A DNA stretch of 64,000 nucleotides from assembly GCF_964355755.1 (NCBI RefSeq), contig NC_092670.1, positions 35,142,388 to 35,206,387 on the forward strand, in the 5' to 3' direction. Of the stretch, positions 49,412-61,243 are shown piece after piece (the stretch's first letter is position 1; the number at the start of each line of letters is the position of its first letter). A program made the translations under genes and the position numbers. The stretch is from Antedon mediterranea (taxonomy: Eukaryota; Animalia; Echinodermata). The notes under the pieces were generated by a model that ran no database searches, had not been told where the DNA came from, and saw only the letters and a list, made by a program, of their open reading frames with translations.

Positions 49412-52400
49412 TATATCAACTTGTACCGATCATGAAATATTAATGATTGGTTGAATAGGAAGTGCCTTGCTGTTAAAAAAAACATTCCACACTGACATAA
49501 GCCACCTTTTCCATTACTACCTGAAGGATGGAAATCTGCCTGTATCTTTTAGATTAATTGGAATTCTGACGACCTAACCATTAAACTTGATTTGTATTAT
49601 CAATCAATATGAATACTATAACATGAAAAGTGTAGTATTGTGTAGCAGCTTTAAATGATGACACTGATTCGATTTCATACATTGTACAACTACTGACCAA
49701 TCAGAGTTGTCATTGAAATAAAATTGTGAAGCCTCTACACAATATTACAATAGGTTTGATAACAGTAATTGCTGTACCAAATCTTGACTCTGACAACTTT
49801 TAGAGTTCAGGTAAAAGCATTTTATTTTCTAAACATTTAATTATACAATATTCATTTAAGGTATTAAAGAAAAATTTACTAAACAAATTATCTGTCCCTG
49901 TTAAAAATGTATCAAATTTTGATAAAAGGCAATAATATTTTCATTTTTTTAAATATAATATAATACTTGGTGGAATTTTTGGATATTTGTTTATCCACCC
50001 AAAAAAATATTTTCATCAAAATCAGAGACGATTTGTGATTATGATAACAATGATGTAACTTGACAATTTTAAGCATTTTCGCTATAAAAGTTTTTTGCAT
50101 CCAAGATTTATAGATTTTAAATAATACATTTTTGTATATTGTCCTACAAATTGCCCTTTCTGAAAGTTAATCTTTATGTTTAGTTGATGAATAGCAGTTT
50201 GAATTGATGCGCTCTCTATCGATAATATTTGACGACTTAGATGAACTATTTATGTTACAACTCCAACTAAAGTGTTGATTTTAAATACTAAATATATACA
50301 CTATTTTATTGATTATTCCTCATAGTTTTGTGATGTGATACGTTACTGTATCTCCTTACTGTAGCTCTTGCTTATTATCAGTTTGTGATAGTGACTTAAA
50401 TACTATTTTACTACAGCCATATTAATGGTCAGTGTTTTTTAATCAGAAACCAAAGAACAAAGTCTATCTATTTATCAAGAATATATTATACAACGATCAA
50501 AATGATATTGTAAATTATGTGTATACAGTAGTAGTAGGCATAGTTGAGTACATTTAGTTTCTCAAAAGTGTATTTGAGCTTCAGAACAAGAATGTTTAGC
50601 GTTCAATATGTGCAGTAATGTTTTTACCTCAATGTTGATGAAACTTGCCAGCAATTGCCCAATCTTATAACATTAGGTTTTTACAATTTGTATGTTCCCG
50701 TTATTGTGCAACAAGGCTTCTTTTGGTAAGCCTTTGCTATATAATCATAGGATAGAATCTATTTTAGATAAAATAAAAATAGTCTTACTTTTTTAAAGAA
50801 AATGCAGTAACATTCATTATTGTTACATGGAGGTATAATCCCAGACTGCAACCCATCAAAATGAACATTAGAGAAGGGCAGATTCAGGAAATATTGGGTG
50901 GAGGAAACAATTTTAAAGATTTTGAACTGTAGTTAGCTAGGCATGGTTTACATAACCCTGGAAAAAAAACCCTTAAGTTTGCCGTCTCAGTACTTTATTG
51001 TGTTTTTATCCTATGATTTTATGTCATGTCAGAATACAGAAATAAAATAAAAAATAAGATTCTGTTGTGATATGTAGAGTGAATTCTAATTAAACACACA
51101 ATTCTAATTCAGTGGTAAAACACTTACTTTGGAACTAAATAGATTTGATATTACATCAGAGAAGAGCAATATTTACTGTAGGCCTACCAAATCTACCAAC
51201 TTTTATAATTTAGGTAAAATTTTTTTTTCATTGTAAAATATTGATTTCCAAACAAAACCAAAGTGATCCCACAACTGAATAAAATTATTTTTATTCAAAA
51301 CCTTTATAGCACAACTGTAGACTATGCAATATATGTTTGTTGGAATTGTCTATAATAGTATTTACATTTGGTGCCTATTTTCAATTTTGATATACTTAAT
51401 ACAAAATCTGAGGAAACATAACTGCAGTATAGTGTTTTGTATTTCTGCTGTAAATAAAAGTGTTGGTGCTTTTTTCAACTCTCTTCCATGTACAGTATTA
51501 CTATAAATATTTAGTTCTGTTCTGAAATATTTGTGCTTTGATTACTGTCTGTATTAAATAATATTATTTCATGTACAAAGTATTTTTGAGACAGTATTCT
51601 ATTCATTGGTCCGTCCATTTTTAGATATTCTACAACCGTCCAATTCGATAATTTTCACCTTTTGCAGTTTAAAAAACCATATATATATTTTACAATTATA
51701 TTTATTATTTGTATAACTGTATAGTGTTTCTACTTTGTGTAGTAATTTCATGTTATAAAAAAATGTAGTATTAAAAAATGGTAGTATTGTTTTCTTATAT
51801 ATTTTATTGTTTAAAAATATTTATTTAACCTTACAATGCAATTTAGGTATCAGTATTCATTATGTGTAGTATTGTTAACGTTATCTTCTTTTACTAATAA
51901 CCAGAAGAATGAGAGCACAGCATTGTTTTGTGTAGTTAACCTTGATCATTTTCTGTGTGAGGTCATTCTAAAATTGTTTTCTTTGAAAAAGTTCTTTAAA
52001 AAAGGCACCTTTAATGAAAAAAAGAAACTGTTGTGGCCTCTCAAAAAGTCATACCTTTTCCAAGTAAAGGAATTATAGGAAACAAATCTATACAGGTGTC
52101 TTAAATAAAGAGCTTTTTATGTTCGAAACCAAAACACTCTCGAAAACTTTGGCAAATAGATTTTTTTTTTACTGTAACTCATTAAAATGCAAGAATGTAC
52201 ATTTTACAATTTACTATTAAATGTTTTCTTGATTATTATTATGTTTTGAATGTACAGTAATATTGTAAAGTCTATGCTACAAACATTGCCACAACTCAGT
52301 TTAGTTTTATTTTATGTCGCGCTTCTCACTCTCATTGTTCAATGTTTATTTTAATACAGTAGTTAAGTAAGTAACGGCGGATACAGCTTGGTATCAAGTA

Positions 52401-52684
52401 ACAGTTGACTGGTTAAGGATATACTGTAGTATCTAGAGTATTTGTTTTGTTCTAGGCCTAGTCTACACTAGAGTAAACTTTACCAAACGAGCTTGCCAAT
52501 AATTGGTATGTGTACACTTGTTACTGAAGTCATTTTGTCCATCTTCAGCTAACTTTTGTCAACGTGCAAGGCTTACAACAGCAAATTTCTCTGTGTCAAC
52601 TACTGTAGTCTATAGTAGCAAACTTTACCAAACTGTCTGTTTGGACATTCATAGTTTTCTCAAGTTTGCATAATAAAGTGTGCT

Positions 52685-53270
52685 AGTGTAGACTTCCGGA
52701 AACGTTTATCTGTAGTTTGCCTAAGTTGTTCATCTGGTCTAGAAAACTTGACAAACTCAGAGGTTGCTCGAGTTTTACAAACTAAAACTTTGTTAGTGTA
52801 GACTTCCGGAAACGTTTATCTGTAGTTTGCCCAAGTTGTTCATCTGGTCTAGAAAACTTGACAAACTCAGAGGTTGCTCGAGTTTTACAAACTAAAACTT
52901 TGTTAGTGTAGACTTCCGGAAACGTTTATCTGTAGTTTGCCTAAGTTGTTCATCTGGTCTAGAAAACTTGACAAACTCAGAGGTTGCTCGAGTTTTACAA
53001 ACTAAAACTTTGTTAGTGTAGACTTCCGGAAACGTTTATCTGTAGTTTGCCTAAGTTGTTCATCTGGTCTAGAAAACATGACAAACTCAGAGGTTGCTCG
53101 AGTTTTACAAACTAAAACTTTGTTAGTGTAGACTTCCGGAAACGTTTATCTGTAGTTTGCCTAAGTTGTTCATCTGGTCTAGAAAACATGACAAACTCAG
53201 AGGTTGCTCGAGTTTTACAAACTAAAACTTTGTTAGTGTAGACTTCCGCAAAGTTTGTCTATAGTTTGCC
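52685..53270. repeat. 110-bp tandem repeat, 5 copies plus a partial
   Basis: GACTTCCG recurs at 52691, 52801, 52911, 53021, 53131 and 53241. Confidence 0.96.
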
Positions 53271-54104
53271 GAAGTTCCTACACTAGAAACTTAACAAACT
53301 TGGAAGTGTTTTTGGCCAAACCGTTATTCTTATGTACACTGAGCTTTACTTTGGCCTAGTCCCGTAGTTGTAGTAATGTTTATTGTGATCCTGAAGGTGT
53401 GATGTTCTCCCGTGATATTGATGTTTCAGTATGTAGGTAAAACAGTGATTTGATGTGATTTGATAGATTCGTGTGTGATTCTGTAAAATAACAGTGCAAT
53501 GAAGACCGCAATCAAACTAACAATCAACCAAAATCCAGCAAGTGTATGTTGGTTAATCAGTAGATTAAGATGTAGTTTAGTAAGATGTAGTTTAGTAAGA
53601 TGTAGTTAAACTTGTAGAAATTTCCTTATGAGATTCTCGGTGGCCTTCTCTCTGAAGGTTTCAATATTTTGTTCTTGCTCCGTTGTTACTATTGTAGTAT
53701 AAGTGTAGTGTAAGAGTATACAAATCAAAGATTGTAAAGCTAAGGTGAATAAAAAGTCTTGTTTGAAAATATAACATGCGTTTTTATTACGATGTTTCAC
53801 CTACCATGATTTAGACAAGTATCTATGTCAACGCATGATCATATCCTGCAGTTTAATTTTATATGTACTGTATTATATAGTTTTTATTATATTTAAAGAC
53901 TATAAAAATTTAAGCACAGGAACCCTTATTTTCCCCAGCGTGTTAAGCTCTATCTACGCTATCAAACTTTATGTCCATATATAGACATGATGATGTAATA
54001 AAACTACCATATTTGTGAATATCGCTACCATATTCGGTTACATCAAAGTTTTTTTTGTCGAACTACTGTAGTTCGATAGTGTAGACATAGCTGAATAATG
54101 CAGT

Positions 54105-54165
54105 GGAGCACCAACTTAGTGGCTAACGTGCTTGCCTTCCAATCTCAAGGCCAAGGGTTCCAGGG
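54105..54165 (+). mobile_element. tRNA-like SINE head fragment of a second family; related fragments at about 32990-33050 (-) and 61412-61480 (+)
   Basis: TAGTGGCTAACGTGCTTGCCTTCCAATCTCAAGGCCAAGGGTTCC shows an A/B-box layout. Confidence 0.45.
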
Positions 54166-54206
54166 GCGTCCACTTAAAAATATGAAGCACTTGCAGGTGC
54201 CCGAGT

Positions 54207-55178
54207 TTAATCAGCAAACAATAAATAACCGGAGAATGTGGTAAATCGACGAGAACTGCTGTAGAGATGACGATTCCCTTCCAGATATAGTTTTATTTGA
54301 TCCCCTCGCACCAGCTGCAAGATGACGCTGTTCGATACGGAATCCCTGTACGTACTGTCGTCATGGTGATACACGCTTACAATGTGCTTATCGTTGTGCA
54401 GAAGTTGAACGTAGAGATTATTATCGCCTACGTCGTAGAAATTGGCTACGTGCATGGCGAAATAATATGTGCCATTTATACGACATCTGAATACTCCTGT
54501 ATCTTTATCGAAGTCATGACCTACGTTAACAAATAGGGTGTCATAGGTAATGACGCTTCCTGGATCCTGTGATGTCATAGTCTTTGTACGCCCTGCTGAA
54601 AAGGCAACGTTTGCCCTTTCGTAAGGTCTAATAAAATCTATTACTGGGGGTCCTGGTGGACCTTGTTCTCCCTTTTCGCCCTTTTGGCTATTTGGGCTAC
54701 TTCCGTTCGAGGTATTTTTACAGTCCTTAGTTTGACATTGAATTACGTCACCCTTTGGACCTCTTTCACCCTTTTGACCTGGTACACCTGAAGATCCAGG
54801 AATCCCGTGATTACCGTTTGTTCCAGGAGCTCCTGAAAAATAAGTGCATATTGTCAGTGATTTGGAATTTCTGCGGCAGTTCTTTGACTTCAGAGTGCTC
54901 AGGTTGTAAATAACGATCTGACAATTAATAGTTATTAAACAATATCCAGTTTGTCACTGTCGTTGTGTTTTACCTGGAATTCCTGGCTGACCCGGTTGAC
55001 CTGGCTGCCCATATACAAAACCATTTGTTGGATGATTGTGATTTGGTGGTATGGGAACCTCATTCCGTTGTTGACTCTGCTCACAATCACAGACACACTT
55101 ATCAGTCTCTTCAGTTACCTGTGCAACGTTGGTACTACATATTACAAACAACAGGAAAAGTAGAAAGTGCAGGTACAT
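54207..55178 (-). CDS. Secreted collagen-C1q domain protein (C1q-like/CTRP type), 276 aa; exons 54974-55178 and 54207-54832
   Basis: Hydrophobic signal peptide MYLHFLLFLLFVICS, CVCDC, 14+4 Gly-X-Y triplets, gC1q domain VAFSA...GVFRCRINGTYYF...SNSVILQLVRGDQI...TFSGYLLFAD. Phase 1 GT-AG intron; a 5'UTR acceptor precedes 55193. Confidence 0.92.
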
Positions 55179-56019
55179 CTTGAACAGACTGATCTGGAAT
55201 GAAATACATTGTATTCAAATGCAACCAGTAAATAGTCACACACACACACAAGGTTGATAGGACTATTATAGTATTACATTATTACAAGGAAAGAGCGTAT
55301 TTAACTCTTGCAACAACTAAATCAGACTCATCTCTTTCGCTAAGTGGTTTTGTTGGTAGCATGTAACATAATACAAGTAGACTAGTAGAGCTGCTGCTGC
55401 ATGCACTAATTGACAATAATATTCTATGGAACAGATGCAGTGATTATTGAAGCTAAGAAGGACTGAAGAGAAGATTCTTATCCTATGACCTCCTTGACAA
55501 AGAGTCATGATTTTCACTCAATCGCACATAAGTGGTTCAAAACAAATCATGGTCTTCTTCAACTCAATGCTTAAATATTTGCCCTCAATTCAACACACAG
55601 AAGATTACCGAATTCCGGCACTTTGATTCCGGTTGCAACCATCTGATCTTTCATTTATCTACAGTACTCATTTAAGTCATTGAACCGAAGTGGTGAAACT
55701 TATCCACAGGCCTACTATTGTGATTAAAGCAAATAAAAAAGTTTTTCTCGGTCTAACACCCCGCTTAACAATCAATTTGATTTCCAATAACCATGTTGGG
55801 TCGATTTAAAAAAAAAGTCGTTCTCTTTTTCTACAGCAACATCAATTTACATTATAAAAATACACATATAATTAGCAGCATTAGTTGTATATCAAAGGGC
55901 GTATGGTTGAGGAGAAGGCTGCACATAAAAACGAACAATTAAAATAAAGGAGACATCATAAGTGGTCTACATCATGTTTTTATATGAAGATGAAATGATG
56001 TTTTAACAGAACGTCATTT

Positions 56020-56250
56020 CATTCAATCAATCGTTCGATTTATATAAGCAGTCATTGCTCATGGCGCTGCCAAAAATATCAGAAAATGTGAGTTTTGAGT
56101 AGTGACCTGAATGTGCCGGAGGATGTTTGTTTAATGTTCAAATGTATAGTTGGTTCCAGGGTCTAGGTCCAGCAACACGGAAAGTCCAATCTCTTAAAGT
56201 ATCATTCCCCATTTTATGATGAAGATGATGTGTGGGTCCGCCGCGAACTG
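56020..56250 (-). mobile_element. L2-like LINE 3' end fragment; related tail at about 35880-35945
   Basis: Minus strand reads DWTFRVAGPRPWN, resembling an ORF2 end, followed by AGCGCCATGAGCAATGACTG...TATATAAA and a TTGA-type tail. Confidence 0.5.
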
Positions 56251-57589
56251 AATTTTCTAAGGTTATTTTTTTTTGTGAGAATAATACTGAAATAAAATAA
56301 GCAATACAATTGATTCTAATACAGTAGTCCTCTAGGAGCTGGCAACAAATACTTGTTTATTAAATTAGTAATTTTTATTAGCAACCCAAAGAAAACTTGC
56401 AAAATCATATACATACCTGAGCTGATATCAGTCACTAGATTCAAAACGTCTATTGATGTCTTGTATCTTAATAATTATGATGGGTTCCAATCGGAAGCAC
56501 ATTTAGAAACAATAGGCTGTTATGGGTCATCTATACAAGGCGACATTTTAACGGATGTCCGGTGGTTTTTATAACTTGTAAAGATGACAGTATTATTAAT
56601 ATTATTATTACTACGATCTTGCAACCACATCATTACCAGATCGTCTTGCTATAGAAAGCGTTACGGATCAAAGTTGGCGCATTGCTTTTTGGCAAAACAC
56701 CCATCATGGACTATTATTATCGTTAATCCATGGACACACAGGATCCGATTCCGATGTACACGTACGCACGCGTAACAGGTTCGTGGATATTATTGTATCT
56801 GTTACATACCTTTAAGTGGCAAATTTCGTTGCTGTTGTTTTGATGAAATAAAAATAAAAATAAATAAATCAGGGAGTTTTATACCTCCCTGGATAAATAA
56901 GTAAGACAGAGAAAGTATCGTCTTAATTATATCTAGGCCTATTTTGTATTAATAATGGTATAAATAATCTGAATATAATTTGTTGATGTTTTTTGTTGTT
57001 TTTGTGATGGAAAATATTGTTTCCTTAGGGGTGTTTATTGAATAGGGGGGGGGGGGGGGCATGGTGGGGGCTACGCGTTTCCTCTTGTTTCTAATAAGCG
57101 TGTCCCAAAGAGGGAGTTCTACTCAGTATTTAAAATACATCATGCTTAATTATATTGCCTATAGGGGTTTTCCTGGTTGGCCCTACGTTTCCCCTTGTTT
57201 TGCCGGAAAGTATCCTCTTAATTAGCCCATCTAATATAATAAGAGTGTCTAAAAGAAGGGCTCAATCAATATTTAAAATACATAATGCTTGATTGTTCCC
57301 TTTAGGGTCTTCCTGGTTGGCCCTAAGTTTCCCCTTGTGTGAATGTTATATAAATTCTATCAATAAATGTTGTTTGTAATATTTGATTATTTTATTTACT
57401 CTAAAGTATTATTATTATATTAATTATCAAAAATGATGTTGTTTATATTATAATCGAAGCAGCTGAATCGTCAAACCATATAAGGTTAGGCCCACTTCTG
57501 CATGTGTGCATGTTATGTTGTTAATTCGTGTGGTTCCACACGCTCAGTTGCTTTTCTCTGATGTACACACACACACATCCCCCAAGTAA

Positions 57590-57813
57590 AAATGAGCTCG
57601 CCCGCCCGCGAGTTGGAAAGAAGAACTGCAGCGCCACCAGCAGCAGCTCTAGGGTTTGTTTAGTGCTCAGCAGCTTGCAGCAGCCAACCGAACCAGTTCG
57701 TATGCTGTAGTGGTCGTGGTATTGTGCCTAGCCTAGCCTGGGGAAAAAAGTTTGCATCTAAACATCAAGTTATCTCACGATTTCGGGTCTGAATTAATAA
57801 TTTCTTGACTAAG
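57590..57813 (+). promoter_or_regulatory. Probable ZMYND11 promoter and non-coding first exon
   Basis: Local GC/CpG-rich patch (GCTCGCCCGCCCGCG) followed by donor AAG|GTAATT at 57813/57814; the first coding exon has a 5'UTR acceptor, so an upstream exon is required. Confidence 0.5.
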
Positions 57814-58358
57814 GTAATTATAAAATAATTATTCAATAATCACATTGTATTATTTAAAAAATTTAACCACGCCTTATGTCACATAAAAAAGGTGATAATT
57901 GTTACGGAAATTGTAAATTGTGGGGAGAGCGACGAGGTGGAAGTGTCATTTCCAGGGCAGCCTAGCCTGGACCTAGCCTAGGACTAGCTAGGTCGTAGAA
58001 GTACTGTAGCCTGTCTTTTACTATTGTCTGCAAGCACAGAGTTTGTTGTTTCTGTAGTAATAGATAGAATAGACCTGGGCCTAGCTATGTAGGCCTACTA
58101 GAGGTTGATCCTAGCGGCCTACAAAAAAGACAGGTGCGAAACGGAACTAGGCCTAGGCCTAGCGCCGGCCTCCTCTAGCCTTGCTTGCCCTTAGGTCTAC
58201 TATTCAGTACTCGCACTCAGTTCAGTAGGCTACTATAGAAGAAAACAGACGATTAGGAATAGGCCTAGGCTAGTAGGAGTATGTCATCGTGTGACTATGA
58301 ATTATGATTGTCTTCTTATAATTATATCCAACTGGTCATCCCATCTATGCTTTTTAAT

Positions 58359-59161
58359 GGGATATGACCGGTTGGGCCGCCGACAAGTTGAGCCGCCGGT
58401 GATTTCTATGAAACGCCCAGTGCATGCGTCTTTTACGACATTTCGCGTAGTGATTAGGATGTTGTCCTAATCAAGTTCATGGTCTTGGTTTATTGTGTCA
58501 TGAAAATAAATAATATATAATTACATAGGCCTATTACAATTAACACAGCAAGCAAAGGAAAGTAGTAATTAATAACTAATATTTAATAATTTAATTGTTT
58601 TTAATCTTTCGAGGAAAGAATTCAGTGCACTCATAATTTTTCTCGCGTGCAGGAGGCCTACCACTACACGTAAAGTCACGTTGTCTCTCAGGACTAATTA
58701 ATACTAATAGAGTATTAACATTTTTTCCAATGAGGTTAAATTATAAATACATATTGTTTTTTATTTACTAATCTTTTAATATCATATTTTATTGAATTTT
58801 AAAATGTTAATACACAAAATATTTTACTAAAAAACGTGATTTTATGTAATTATTTTACCGAAAAATGGAGTAGGCCTAGCCTAGTTCATACAAACAACTG
58901 CCGACTGAATGAGGGGCAACATGTTTACATCATTTTTGGCTAAAAACATCACTGTATTTTGGAATCTACAAGCCAGATTTTCATAATTATTTCTTTAATT
59001 ATAATATTTAATAATATATATACTAAAAACCATGATATATAAACGTTTGAATGTACATCGTTATCCCTAACATAAATTGAACGAGCACCGGCGAAAGTTA
59101 GCATTTGGCGTTCCATAGAAAATAACGTTTTTCTGGCGGCGGCTCAACTTGGCCTAATCCC
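58359..59161. mobile_element. TIR element in the ZMYND11 5'UTR intron
   Basis: GGGAT...CAAGTTGAGCCGCC / GGCGGCTCAACTTGG...ATCCC, with subterminal TTTCTATGAAACGCC / GGCGTTCCATAGAAA. Confidence 0.55.
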
Positions 59162-60964
59162 TTTTTAATTATATTATACTCTTTGTCCTGTTGTGTTGAG
59201 CCTGATTTTTTCTATTTCTCACTGTTTTTACCAGACCAGATACATCATTGGTTTATAGTCGATAACTGTCAAAATTTGAGTGGAAGAGATTAATTTATTT
59301 TAGAAAGTTAAACTATATTGTGTTGGTCAATTGTTTGTTTACGTTAAGATTTTTGCTTTTCACTCGTACTCATTTTGTCCAACAAAGGAACGTATTATTT
59401 ACATGTATTATGAACTCTATTTTAATTCTTTAAATAAACCAATTAATTTGAATACATTTCCCGTCAAAATCATAAAATAATTATGCATTTGTTTGTGCAA
59501 AAGGCAGCATTTCTTTCTTTTGTTTTAGACTTTGTCCTAGAATTTATTAGGGACGAAACAGGATGGTTAAGGGAGGATGACGGATCCTGTGTTTGCTAGA
59601 GCATAAACATAAACAGTCGACCTAACAGTTTTATTAGTTACACACTCTTGCATGAAGACGACAACGACCATCCAGCGAGAGACGTACAACCTACTACTAC
59701 CATAGCTACTACTAGCCTATATTATTAGGGCTAGCCTAGGGGACCTACTGTCCCTAGATACTAAATGGCAGTAGTTAAGCTATTTACTAGATGTATGGGT
59801 GTTTTTATTTAAGGGTGTATGGCCTACCTAGAATAGCAGTATCTCTATCTCTCCCCTGTCTCGCGGGAGCGTTTACCTGAATCTCCTGGCTCTGGTGATA
59901 CAGGGGCCTCGCATTCAAATGCCGTGTAAAATGTATTGCTTTTAACACCCATTTTAACCTAATACAAATTTGTTATTTTGTCCACTTTTAAGTTTAATTT
60001 GAACTGCCTTATTTCTAGTAATTCTCCCTAAACGGGAAAATTCCAACTTTATCGTCCTCAAAAAGTTAAGAAGACATAACTTCAAGCTAAGCTTCGCCTA
60101 CTTTGTTAAAGATCATGCATAAATTATTCATGAGCACCGTCCGGTGGATTCTCATCCTGGTTCGTAAAGTCCCTATTGTTGGCTAAAAGTTAAGTACTGC
60201 GGTTTTAATATGTACACTACTTGAAATCCAGGTCAGTCCACCCTGGATAAAGTTGTAAAATTAACCAGGATCCAGCTAATGTTTATTTATTACCGCATAC
60301 AGTAACATTACTTTCTAAAAAGCTTAATTTTACTACAGAATGCTTTGAAGTTGCATAATAAATTAGCAGCTACTTTTGAGATTGTTAAATAAAAGGGCAA
60401 AATATCTAAATATGAGTAGCATACAAGATACTAATTATTAAAGATGTATTTTATTAAAATTTTGTTGTTGAATATGGCATTTTAATGTCACATAATTTAC
60501 TTTAAATAAATGTACAATAATTTAAAGAAAAAAATAGTCAGATGGGTTTTTGGGTGAATATAACTGTTTATTTTGTTGTTTTATAAGTAAAAACCGTTAT
60601 TTTTTCAGGTTTTTTTCTACGGAAGTGATTGACTTTATTAAAACTGCAAAATGGCCTATTCAATCAAAGTCTTTTTTTTTTTTTATTAATCTTCATTTGT
60701 CATGTGACAATACATCTTTAACAGGTCAAAGGTCAGTTAATGTTAGTAAGAGGCTTCATTGATAGAATAACCTATTGTTAAAATAATATTAGACAATTTT
60801 CTGAACTGATGACCTTTGGGGTAATTGATATTTTGAAAAAATATTTTAAAAAAATCATGTATTTTTGGAATAAAAATACTGAAAAAAAGAGAGAGATAAG
60901 ATAGAAATAATACCTCAATGGTTTAATTAAAATTGCTTGTTTTCGCTTAGTTTCTTCAAACACT

Positions 60965-61243
60965 ATGAAGACTGATTGTTTCCGTCAAGCTGATCCAAAG
61001 GCCGTTCAAGTCCTATGGGAAGCCATCACAAGCGTCCGGCAGCAGAAACAAGTAGCCAATTTAGATCGCATTGCACGATACCTAAAACGTAGGTATGATT
61101 ATGCCTTTAAAGATGTTCAACAAGAGCTAGAACTGGCTGTAAGCGACGAACTCGTTGTGAAGGACATCTCAAGGTCAAAGAAGGGGTCACGTATTGGTGT
61201 GGAACAGGATGGATTCTGGTGTGTCAATGAACAGAATGACGAG
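60965..61243 (+). CDS. ZMYND11: ZMYND11 first coding exon (winged helix)
   Basis: Acceptor TTTCGCTTAG at 60950, ATG at 60965, donor GAG|GTAGGC. Confidence 0.92.
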
